Shown piece after piece: positions 13,446 to 25,300 of a stretch of DNA of 64,000 bases. The DNA lies in contig CM074511.1 in NCBI GenBank assembly GCA_037379345.1, positions 58,534,862-58,598,861 of the forward strand. Reading direction: 5' to 3'. The first letter of the stretch is position 1; every line of letters begins with the position of its first letter. Below the pieces are notes generated by a model, which was not told the DNA's origin, made no database searches, and saw only the letters and a list, made by a program, of their open reading frames with translations. The translations under genes and the position numbers were made by a program. The stretch comes from Perna viridis. Its lineage: Eukaryota.

Positions 13446-16429
13446 CCTCCACCCGAAAATGCTTTCCATTTATGCAACATTTTGATCAATCAAATATTGG
13501 GATGGCCTCAAAACGATGTCAATGGAGAAATTAGCAAATATATTTTGCCATTTGCTTTGGCCTCCCCATCTGATTTTAAATAAAAGAACGTACCTTTAAA
13601 ACCATAATTTCATATATTTCGGATTAAAAAAATATATTGGAGGGGGGGGGGGGTTGCAACTGTGTACAAGCGTTTTAGAAGGTTTCCATTCATTACTGAA
13701 GATAATGAAAATATTGCTAATGTGTACATGTATATGTATGCGTCCTAGATCTTGACTTAGGAATAACTTTAACACAAATATTCGATCTATACAACAATAA
13801 CATGATTTCAGGCTACGCCTAAGACGGACTGAACTCATTCTTTGTTTACGGTGCACCACCATATTGCTATGAGCGAAGTAGCAATCGATGAGGAGAGTGT
13901 GTGAGACTTTCTTCTGGGAAAGCTTAATACATTTCTACACAGCCAATAATCTCCATATTATTATTAAACAAATAAATATGAAAAATTGTATCCATCGATG
14001 TATTGAAATATAAAATAACGCCTCCGCACCTGTCTTGAATACACTTGTATTTTAGTTAGATGTTTGCTTTGACCATATGCGATAATATGACAGTTTCAGG
14101 AAAAAAACTTTTACATATGTATATCTGATCTGTTCGAGAAAAAATTCCCTTCACTCGCGAACTGATTGTTTTTGGTATCTGGTTTTGATAAATTATTTTT
14201 CATTTTCAACTGTTTGGCGTTCAAAATTGTTGTGATCTTGTTATCAAAAACCATATTTACTTTTTAATATAACAATAAATTTTATTGAGTCGTATACGGT
14301 CATGTAAATATGAAATTGTATAAGTTATACTCCTGCTCTGGCAAAAAAATGCACATTAGGAAAATGCATCAGTTGGTATTCTTATGGATAAAAATACTAA
14401 CTCAAAAATTACCCGTATACATAAATGGATTTTTGTCCTTGGGGGAAATGGCTAAGATAATTTATTCCAGCAAATAGAACCTAGGGTATATTTTTTATAA
14501 AGATCTATAATAAAATAATGTTAAGTTTTTTTTGTTGAGTATAAAGGTTTTGTTTTTCTGTGTTATAATTTAGTGTAGTTTTTTACATATTGTGCGACTT
14601 GAATTTCTTACACTCTTTGTGCCTTTATCTTGTTTTCTTTCACTGCACGTTTTGTTCTATTGTAACTATGGTTGAATCATTAGTATATTTTACTAAGAAG
14701 TCTATAACATATGTTTTAAAGCTTTAACTGCATATTATTTTTGTAATCGTCTTTTTTTCACGGGTTGAATTGATAATATTGTTATAATTCTTATGAGTTA
14801 AGAAGTGGAAGTGGGACAGATCTGAGCGAAAATCTAAGTCACAATACACTCTATTAGTCTAAAAGGACAAAATAAATAATAGGAACGAGCGACACGAAGA
14901 CCACCACAACTAAGGATTAATTCTTGCACGACATGGAGACCAATTGTAATTTTGCGACCAGCACTTTAAGGATTTTATGCAGATTAGATGGTGTATTTCT
15001 TTATATATTTAACTTTTTTTCGGCAGGTAAAGTTGTTTTTTTTATTAATTATGTCGCTATATTCATATACAGTGTAGCATATACACAGTGTTGTATTGTA
15101 ACGATAAAGTGAAAAATTAGAATATAATTACGAAAATCCATCTAGCTCATTTTCATAGACCAAAAATTTTTTCTCGTTGAATATGACGAGCTATGATGAT
15201 TTAAATACTACAAGCTAGAAATGGGCAATTTAGGGCAATGTTGTATGATAAGTAATGAGTGCTTATTATAAAATATAACACATTAATAGTGCATGAAACA
15301 ACAAATCGGTACAATCCACAAAGTTTATTGTAGTAACAAGATGTTCATGAGGAAATACATTATGTAACATGACAAAGGGGTATTTCTCGGAATGAGCATA
15401 TCAGTCGATAGCTTCTCTTGTCTGCAAAGCTTGACAAGTCACACATTGTAGAAATGACAATTTTTAAGGTTCAAAATCTATATACTAAAATTACTCTTGA
15501 AGTTCGATATAAAGAGAAAATTCCATCTGTTTATAAGCATTTACATCAATAACTTTATCTGATCCTTTTACTTTCTGATACTTTTTTAATCAATTGAATT
15601 GTTATGCCGAGTTCATTTTTAGAAATACAATAAAGAATCGATGTAAGATTCAAGTACACTCTTTTTGTCCGTCCGTCAGAACTTAGTACAAAAATGTATT
15701 AAGTAAAATGGTCAGCGTGTATCTCACTAGAATCACTGAATTATATATACATGCTAACTATTAAAAGATATGGCTACTTTTCATCTTGCATATTGATTTA
15801 ATTTGTTCAGAGTTTTGTTTGGCTAACATGTGCATATTTTATAGAATGCATTTATTTTTGACAGTGTATTTCCAACGAGAAATTAAACTTCACAGAGTAG
15901 GCTTTGAAATAATAACACAAGAACCTCTCGGTACGTAAAACGTTTGTGTAGTTTTAACAATAAGTACGATATGATACATTAATGTAGTTTTTTTCAATTG
16001 ACCTTATGTGGCTCAGTACCTGGTACTTTGATTTCAGAAGCCAATATTTTAGCCGATGTAAGTGCTTCATGTTTACATCTAGGTTAAATTTTGCCCAAGT
16101 TGCCTACATTCAACTACAGAGTCAAATAACAAAAAAATATTTTTATAACCAGCTAAGGTCATTTTATCAAAGGTACTTCAAACGCTGATCCAGGGGGTCT
16201 CTATGGTTGGTCTTTTCTTTTGTTGGACAATGTTAGATTTTTTGCCTTCTTACGACAATAATGAGCTACGCATAGCGCAGCATGATACGACTGCAGCATG
16301 TCAAACTCTGTTCACCTGGGACAAGTATGATCACAATATTAGATTTTGACACACTTAGGCATAGGGACTAGTTTGGTTGACTGTCGGGGTTTAACGCCTG
16401 AGCAGCAATATGGAGACTCAATGAAGGAT

Positions 16430-16982
16430 TAATCAAAGGAACCAAGGTTATAGCGGTAATCAAAAGAATATAATCCAGGGACAAAGACCAAACATGGAAA
16501 ACAGACATACACAACAAAGAACATAAAGTAACTAAAATCATACATACAAAGTAACAAAAGCAAATGAGCAACTCGGACTCCACTAAAAACTGGGAGTATG
16601 GACCAGGTGCACCGGTAGGGTAAGCGTCCTCTGCTTTTCTAGAAACTCCCACCGAGTTCCTCATAAAAAGTCAAGTCCGGGGTAGACAAACGAGGAAAGG
16701 AAAACTGACCCGTTGAACAAATCAGTGTTCATGGTGCGGATGGATACACCATAACGATCCACGAGTTCATGATGACGACCGTAAAACTTCTGTAGTAATG
16801 ATTTCAATCTTGTAGCAACATATCCGTGTTCCAGAGGACTATTTGTTAGAAGTCTAGCGCGATACAAAAAGTCTGCGTAGATTCGGCAAGCTTTGGCATA
16901 ACGTATGAGTTGTGATATGAACACTCCATTCGCAGGTACTGAAGGGATGTTGCCACAGTTGAATGGAAAGATGACAATTCTG
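16430..16982 (-). mobile_element. Penelope-like (Naiad-type) retroelement, 5'-truncated: RT C-terminus plus 3' region
   Basis: GNIPSVPANGVFISQLIRYAKAC...KFYGRHHELVDRYGV; homologous to 35990-36500. Confidence 0.88.
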
Positions 16983-16999
16983 AATATTATGAAGAACAG

Positions 17000-17695
17000 C
17001 ATTTGAAATTTAATTAAATATGGTAGAAATCTGATTTTTTTTTTAAAAGCCGATTTTATGGGGGTGATTCCTTTGACCCCTTATGACTCAAAAACCATAA
17101 GAGATATCTGAATTCTGATTTTCGGAATCCAATTTAAAACAAATTTTTGAAATCAGACCAAAAATTAAAAAAAAAATGTAGATTGATAGGGTGTGGCCCT
17201 TTGATCCACTATAAGTCGAAAACCGTAAGAGATACTAATATCTGAAATCTGATTGAAAAACGAAGGCAGGGATTTTCATAAAGAATCTAATAAAACAATT
17301 AAAAATCGTACCTACAATAAAAAGTTTAATATTTGGAGCGTGGCCCAAAATACTCCAAAACAGTTTTGGATATTAAGCTTAACCTGCATTTTTTAAACAA
17401 AATTTCAAGAGGAACAGATTGAAATCTGAATCATGAAAATCGGATCAACAGCTTTTCCTGTCAATTTTTTAATAATAACAACCATTTTCCCCCTTACTTG
17501 CAAATAAGGTGGAGCAAAAACCTCCAAAAACAATAGATCCCACCACCATGTCCCTACAAAATATGTGTTAAAATTTCAAAAAAGATCGGATTATTTTTAC
17601 TCAAGTTATCATAAATAAACTAAAGTAGATAGATGCCAACGACAGGCTGATATCATTAAACGACTGAAAAATAATTTTTGCGGGCGTATAAAAGC
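17000..17695. mobile_element. Decayed non-autonomous Helitron/HINE-like repeat
   Basis: Degenerate internal subrepeats (GGGTGTGGCCC..TAAGAGATA) and a terminal hairpin followed by GCGGGCGTATAAAA. Family assigned from recall only. Confidence 0.4.
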
Positions 17696-18213
17696 TGGAA
17701 CCCTCTTTGATAAATTTCTGTATCGGAGCTCCTTTCATGATTTCTTTTAACTACTAAACAAACTCCTATACATTATACGTCCGTTGTTGTTTGAAGTACG
17801 AGGGTACCAGAGTCTAAGATTAAATACATTAAATACTTAGTACATTTATAACACTTGCCAAAAACGGGATCTTTTTTTTTGCCTTTGCCTCCATACCAGA
17901 TTAACTGACACAATAAGAACGCGTAATCATCCTTTTCTTTTCAAACATTCACTTTTGAGTACTATGGTTTATTTATAGACGGATATTTAAAGCGAAAAAA
18001 AACTAGAAAGCGAACTTCATTTCAAATTTTAAATAACAAGGGTAACATATACTGTATAAAATGAAGTCTCATTCAAAACGTTTACCAAAAATTTAAATGC
18101 ACGAGGAGTATATAATAATTAAATATTTCACCGGTAAAATGCCAAGTCTTTTACAGGATCATATTTATACATAAAGGGTGTATTTAAATAGGGAATAATT
18201 GTGTATAAACAGC

Positions 18214-18726
18214 TTAAGTAAACACATCCTCATAAGAACTAATTGTGGCCTGTGTATCATTACTGTCCTTTGATATCTCCCTCATCAGTGGCTCCTTCGT
18301 GCTTCCTGATGATATACTGAATCGAACTTTTTTGTACGATCCTTTTCCATTTATCACAGCATTATCCCAAGAAGAATCTGGTGTACATAAACTATCTCGA
18401 CCTTTCAAGTATAGGCTCGGGACAGTCGAGTTCGAAAAATTAGGATCGGACACAGAGGTCAATAGACTTCTCGTTCTATTCACATCACACTTGTGTTTAC
18501 CTAGCCACGATAAGTTATCTGACTTAAGGTATCGAGATATTGCGGTTTCTTCCTCCCTGTTGACTCGCCGTTTTTGGATATGTCCGGCTATAAACGCCAT
18601 TATCCCAAGTCCATAAACAACTACGGTGATAATAATGAAAGTAGCTGCGCCTGTAGCATCGTAGTTTCCATTAGACACATACTCTGTGCAGTTCACAAAA
18701 CTTAAATTAGAAGCAGAAACTTCCAT
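18214..18726 (-). CDS. 170-aa intronless single-pass membrane protein, KCNE/MinK-like paralog B
   Basis: ATG-to-stop ORF; no signal peptide; N-terminal sequons NLS and NCT; TM AATFIIITVVVYGLGIMAFIAG; basic IQKRR; EEETAISRYLK; aligns with the neighbouring ORF. Confidence 0.8.
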   Translation of the reverse strand: MEVSASNLSFVNCTEYVSNGNYDATGAATFIIITVVVYGLGIMAFIAGHIQKRRVNREEETAISRYLKSDNLSWLGKHKCDVNRTRSLLTSVSDPNFSNSTVPSLYLKGRDSLCTPDSSWDNAVINGKGSYKKVRFSISSGSTKEPLMREISKDSNDTQATISSYEDVFT

Positions 18727-18945
18727 TGTGTAACTGTTACATGTTGCTTCTAATTCACTTAATTTTTAAGAACACAAACAAACAGTAAATCAAGACACAC
18801 ATAAAACATTAGAAGTTACATATATAGACTTTCTTGATTTAAAACACAAACACACAAATATATTAGTATACGGTTTAAAATTTTATTTTATTTTAAAATC
18901 TTAATGCCGATAAACATAAACTATTTCGTATGTTTGGAACGGGAT

Positions 18946-19497
18946 TTAAATTTTGGTGGTTGACCCAAACGTTACTGATTTAATTGTAGCTGTAGATTTC
19001 TTTCTTGTAGATTCGCCTGGGAATGAGTATGGAGGGACAGGTGATAACGGGGATGTCGTTTCTGACGTCTCAGAGTAGTAAGACCGGAGAGACGTGTCCG
19101 ACTCCGCGCCTGATAAATCACTCTCAGTTAATCTGGCTTCTTCTGATTCTGAAATCCGTTGCATTCTTTTTTCTTCGTGTCTGAAAAGAATTGCCTTCAT
19201 CATATTTTTTCGGTGCTGCATCAATTTCTGTCTGTGTGCCTGTAAGTTTACCTTCTTTTCCATTTTGAGATATCGTCCCAGTTCTTCATCTTTGTTAGAT
19301 GTTTCTTTATGTTGACGTTTTATTCTAGCACAGAGCATCGAGCAGACACCCAGTAGAGAGTAAACAAGTACGGTAGTAACTATATACTGCATTGCTCCTT
19401 GTTGATCGTAGTCATCGGGGAATCCATCACAATTTTTATCTTTTCCCGTTACGTTACATGGCATCAATGTTGTTGTTATTGCTGTGACATTGGCCAT
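18946..19497 (-). CDS. 183-aa intronless single-pass membrane protein, KCNE/MinK-like paralog A
   Basis: First ATG at 19497 (MANVT..); sequon NVT twice; YDQQGA, TM MQYIVTTVLVYSLLGVCSMLCA, then RIKR and DEELGRYLK; Ser-rich tail. Confidence 0.82.
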   Translation of the reverse strand: MANVTAITTTLMPCNVTGKDKNCDGFPDDYDQQGAMQYIVTTVLVYSLLGVCSMLCARIKRQHKETSNKDEELGRYLKMEKKVNLQAHRQKLMQHRKNMMKAILFRHEEKRMQRISESEEARLTESDLSGAESDTSLRSYYSETSETTSPLSPVPPYSFPGESTRKKSTATIKSVTFGSTTKI

Positions 19498-22380
19498 TTC
19501 TTTCGTTCTTGTATATGAGCAGAAACTGGCAGAATTGTTTAAGTGTTTTAGTTTCAATGAAGTCAAATGAACTTAAATTTCATAACTTTTTTTGCATTCC
19601 TTAGTTAAATTGAGGTCGCATTTTTACACAAGGATCTTAAATTTCGAAGGCAATAGAATAAAACGTAAATCCAAAAATAGTTTCCGATGAACAATTCACA
19701 CACCAACAAATTAAACTTTCACTTCACTATGAATTATTCATGATTTGTTAGATACAGATTCCTTTACTACAAAACTGATGTAAATTTCATTCAAGCTAAA
19801 TTAATTGAATTAAAAACCCAGCTTATACTGAATTATCATAAGTCAGTTATATGAGTATTCCTTCAGAGATATCATCAAAACCTCAAAAGACCGTCATAGT
19901 CCATTATTTCTTTTGTTGTTTATAAATGATACTTGTACATGTATCTTGCCATTTAACACAATAATATAACAATTACATATCTCGCATGATTATCATGATC
20001 TCAAAACAAATTAAATTTAGTGGCATTACCTGCACGTTGATAGTTATGTGCATTTTTTGCTGACAAAAATGTTTTTGTTTTATTATCATAATACATGTAT
20101 GTCGACCAGTGATTGTTCTGAAATAAACGGTATCATATTCGCACCACAAAATTGAGAATTTGCAACATGAAGACTACAGGTATGACATCAATGGAGCCTA
20201 CGGTTCAAATTTCGATATTCAAGAAAAAATAGATAGAATGGAGAAAAGAGAATAAGAAACTAATACAAAGACACAGAAAACAATGATGAACAAAATCGGG
20301 AGACCGAAGCATGGCATTAAATTCCTAATTAATAAATACCTAGAGAAAACAAGAGAAAGTTACCTCCCTTGTGAGCGTCGTGAAAGTGTTAACTCACTAT
20401 CAACACTGGAGAAAGGTCTTACAACTTTATGTAATGTGCATTGTAGCTTTTGATCATTATTTCGTTCAACAAATTTATTTATTAGTTTCCTTCAATCTTA
20501 TTTGGGTCAGTTTACAAAATTTACTATTTACACCATATATATCAAGGCTTTCATTGAATATATCAGTAAATGTCAAGACCACCAACTTTGAATTGTTGAG
20601 ATAATGAGATGTTAAGACACTCGGTTTTCAAAATAATTACTATTAAACCCCAAATTATATTGTAATTATTTACAACCACTCTTTCTATGATGTCTATTTG
20701 CACATTATTCTGTCACCTCTCGCATATTCTTACTACGCTTTTTTTTTGCAGAGTTGAGTCACCACCGCGGAAGTTCCTACGTTAATCAAACTTGATATCT
20801 TTCTTTTTTTGTTGTTGTAGTCAGAAATTACATACTTTGTTTCTATTATTTGTGTTATGACCATTTACTGTAAATGTGTTGGAACAAATACAAATATTGA
20901 ATTTGAATATATAATAAAGTCTGAATACGACGACATCTTGGAGTAAAACTTTTAATATCGAACTGATCACTAGATAACGCTAAGGCAACTAGCAAAACGT
21001 ACTTTATAACATTCAAGATTGAAATATAAAAATACAATGATATGAAGAGATGTTAAAAATTATGTTGGAAAACCCTCTTACACATCATTAATCACATCTT
21101 TAACATTCAATTCAATGTAACAAAGAAAAAAAAAGAGAAACAACTGATCTAGAAGTTGTTATAGCAGGCATAATTGTTAAATAATGACTGTCAATGTAAC
21201 AGAAGTATAGACCGTAGAGCCTATCAATGCCACTAGATAAAACATGCTCAATTTTCGAGAATGGTTCAAGAATAAAAACATTACATTTTTGTCGTCGTTT
21301 TTTGTTTGTTTGTTAAAGCCAATGACAGATAAATAGATAGGTGTTAATCGATTTATAAATGACTTGCTTCTCTTTTGGGCTTGTAAGGGAGCAAAATATG
21401 TAACTTTCACGTAGGCGTCAGGCCCGCCAGTATCATGGTATCATAGTAAAAATAATGTCATGTAGTCTCCTCATGTTCAATGAAATGGTGGAATAAAATA
21501 TGATACTAGTAGTTATGACTGCCGAAAGGGGATTAATAATATCTGAAACGCCGGTAATGCCTAAGCCAAAGACGAGTGCATGGACTTTAAGATCAATCAA
21601 ATAGCATGTCACACTGTGCAACACCATACTGACTGATGACATTGGCCAGGCAGAAAAAAATACTACTGAATAATGCATTCCAAGTGATTTCCTATAATCC
21701 AGTGCGATTACTGAAATCAGAATTGATACGATCTAATATAATACACTTGTACTTTCGTTTGATGGAAAAGGACCTTTATTGATTTTTTTTGTACAGATAA
21801 CTTAAGTAATATAGAGTGTTAAAAGAGGAAGCGACACAACTACAAATAAAAACAAGACACAAGAAATATAAAGCAGCATAAAACGACCGACGCATATCAT
21901 ATCTGTTCACTTGTGGCAAATGTGGGTACAATATTAGTTTTTGAACTTTCTCCATGGAACTGCAGTTCCATAACTAGTTTGGACACAATATATTGAAAAA
22001 AAATTAAATTAAAAAAAGTAAAAGCAGTTCTGCTTTAAAGGTGCTTATCAAAGACATTTGCTTTCGATTTCTAAGTAGAAATAAAAAAAGATTTTAAAAT
22101 ATTAAATATCTATTATAAGTATATTATAAGTATATTTCCTATATTAATTTATTATTGAATAAAATTTAATTTTCAGCATTCTGTTTGATCTTTATGAGTT
22201 ATTATGAGCACGACGTCTTACGTACCCCCCACCCCCCCCCCATTTTTATCAGCAACATAATAACAAATCAATAGAAATTGGAATATTATCAATGGAAATA
22301 ATAACACTTTGTGATGCTTATCCATATGTCTTAAGCAAGAACTTTGATATTCCAACTACAGAATTAAGATTCGGTCCTTA

Positions 22381-25300
22381 TTAATCTACGGTATCGTCAA
22401 TATCGTCAATCGGTTCTACATCCTTGTTAGTGTCATCGTCATCACTGTTTTGTTTATCCTTCCGCGTGCTTTCCTCCATTCTGTCGGAACTACTGGCATA
22501 GTTCTCGTCTAGACTAAAAACTTTTTCTTCAGACCCAACATGAGAAAATTTACTATTTCTTTCAGACACTTCCAGTTTCACCCCCTCAAACTTCACCTGA
22601 CTTTCCTCCGTCTCTTGATTTACGGGATTGACTTCGGTAATGATACCTTCATACTTGTCTTCAGTGATACCTACCATGGAGTCATGTGATTCTGGTAGTG
22701 GACTTTCATTATCGGCACATGTAACGTCTGAACTGGAAAATGCCACCACCTCATCAACGTGTTTTGCCGTCGTTAATGGGCTAGCTTCTTTACCGAGGAT
22801 AGGAGATCTTCTGTTTTCTGAAATACTAGCAGCACCATTACTTTTTATTGGCTTCAAAACATCTTCGTCGTCCGATTCAACAAGTCCGAAGGGGATTGAT
22901 TCGTCTGAGGAATCATCAGTGTTGTCAACATTTGTCAGCGTGCTCCTTCCTTTCGAGACACTTTTCTGCTTTTCTGTTTCAATGTGATGTTTTGATGAGA
23001 TTGTTTCTGACGCTTTTATCATCGATTTAGAAACCGACGGTAGAATTTTTACCTCATCATCGCCGTCATGGTCCGCTGCTTTCGTTTCACAAATGTTTAT
23101 TGATTCTTTTTCATCCCTGGACTTGTTATCGTCCCTTTCCCTCTCAAAAACTGCGTCATGACCACTGTTTTCGCCAATAAGAACTAGATTCTTAGCACTG
23201 TGTCCAAACTTCTCGCAACCATTAAGGTATCGATCACGTGCTGCTACCTGTGTAGAAATCTGGTCAACATCAAGAAGAGACCGCAAAACAACGATTGTAG
23301 AGCAAGTACTGTCTGCCTCGTTGCTGACTAGACGGATTTCTTTCAGATGTTTCATGCTGTCTGGAGTCATGACGTATAGCAAGAGAGCGTCGTAAAAGGC
23401 TTGTACACATACATCCAGGGGGAAACCCACTCCACCTGGAATTTAAAATTTCACGCAAGTACACCAGATATGCAACGAAAATAATCACTTAATTTTTTAT
23501 GGTAAGTTTATATAACAGTTTGAAATTTTCTGAAATCTATTTTTATGACATTTAGAACAATTCAGAAAAATCAAATTGAAAGCAACTTAATCAGTGATGA
23601 GTAAATAATGATGTCTGTTCTCCTAAATAGCAATTAGGGCGGTTATAAAATCTAAAATACTTTCACAGTGTCATACAACATAAGGAAGCAACTGTCACAG
23701 TGTAATCACCTCCTGTATTAATGCAGTAAACTGATCAATATCTATATGTACATGTACATACTTAAAACTTTCAACAAGCACTGACATTTGAACTACAAGG
23801 GAGTTTAAGGTAGCATAGATTGAAATTGAAGAGAAACAACTGGTAAGCAGTTCTCCTTGTCTATTTTCACAATCACTTACCATTTTAAAATGCTTTTCAA
23901 AAACTCAGAACTACAAGAAGGAGAAATCGTGTGTAATTGTCTGTTTGATTTCTTAGCTTTACTCAAGGGCTATTTAAAGTAGTCGTACTTGATAGAAATC
24001 GGCCAAATGAAGACTAAACAGAAAAATCATGATATACTGTAAGACCTATATGTGCTGCGTACATGTACACAAAAATGTTATAGCTCTATTAGTTCGAATG
24101 GGCAGAAACAAAAACGACTCCATGGACAAATAAACTCATGGAAATTGTAGTTATCATATATACTTACTTAATATGAAGCATTTTCTGTTATTTTGAATTC
24201 ATATGATAGCGATCAAAGACTAATGGACCCATATCCATTTTAATACGTAATATATATCAGTGATACTCAGTCATCATTGAAACATTAATGGGTAAAAAAC
24301 AAAACATACATTATTATCGACCGTTTTCATTCACGAGTTAACTTGTCAACACACAACAAAAATGTCCTAAAAATTGCATTTTAAAGCATTTTCAAGAAGT
24401 ATACCAACATGTACAGAGTGACATATTACAGAATAATAATTAAAAAATGTAACCATTATATATTGTGTAATACTAGTACATTTAAGTAAACCTCTAGATT
24501 ATATTATCAGCTACAAACCTATCAAGATATATTTGCTTGAATAAGATCAGTATAGTAGGTAATCAAAGTTGAATCCGAACTGTGATGCGTGAAACCGTTC
24601 TATGCGTTAGATTAAGGTAAGAAATTCGAACTGTGATGCGTGAAACCGTTTTATGCGTTAGATTAAGGTAAGAAATGTACTTTAGTCATGTGTGTCAATT
24701 TCAAGACACATAAATGATGAACTTTCGGTCTACATGCTCAAGAGTTTAAACTTTAGTAAAGAGCCGTTAATTTTTAATATTTTCTCGGATCTTTCTGCTT
24801 GAACAGTTTTTTTTAACTGTCACATGATGAGGTCTCAAGGTCGGAAACTGTAGAAAAAAGTAAGAATCCAACAGTTACATAATGGTTCATGAGCATGAAT
24901 TGGTACATGGATAGTATTTCTTATGTTAGGTTTATTTCAAAATCTTACCAGTTCCTATAAGTGGCATGGCAATACTTTTAAGCCACATAAGACTGTTGGC
25001 ATACTGGAAAACATTGACGTATGTACACGTCAGTAGATGTGTTGATTCATCTTTGTTATCCTCCCGCCATAATGGGCCTACTGCATGGATGACGAAACCA
25101 ACTTTCTTGTCTAAACCTCCACCAGCGCTTGTATGAATAACCTCCCCCAAATTTAGTTGCCCGTGCTGTTCAATATACTCCTTGCATTCTGTCTTAAGTT
25201 TTTGATCGGCAAGATTGGCAATAATTCTTGAGAGGCCGTAATTATGTGACAATTTGGATGTAGCAGATGTGACAATGGCGTCGGTTTTCTCTTTCAAGAT

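Noticed and set aside
16368-16664. 98-aa ORF with a near-identical 'paralog' at 36254-36466
   Set aside because: Translation of the retroelement's 3' non-coding region; the similarity is repeat-derived.
18245-19315. Plus-strand ORFs 18245-18616 and 19094-19315
   Set aside because: Antisense shadows of the two membrane-protein genes, with GTG starts.
18214-19497. Membrane-protein pair as MRAP-type accessory proteins of the nearby orexin-like receptor
   Set aside because: They lack the MRAP YEYY and pre-TM basic motifs, and linkage at ~20 kb with an intervening gene is not evidence. Kept only as a minor alternative.
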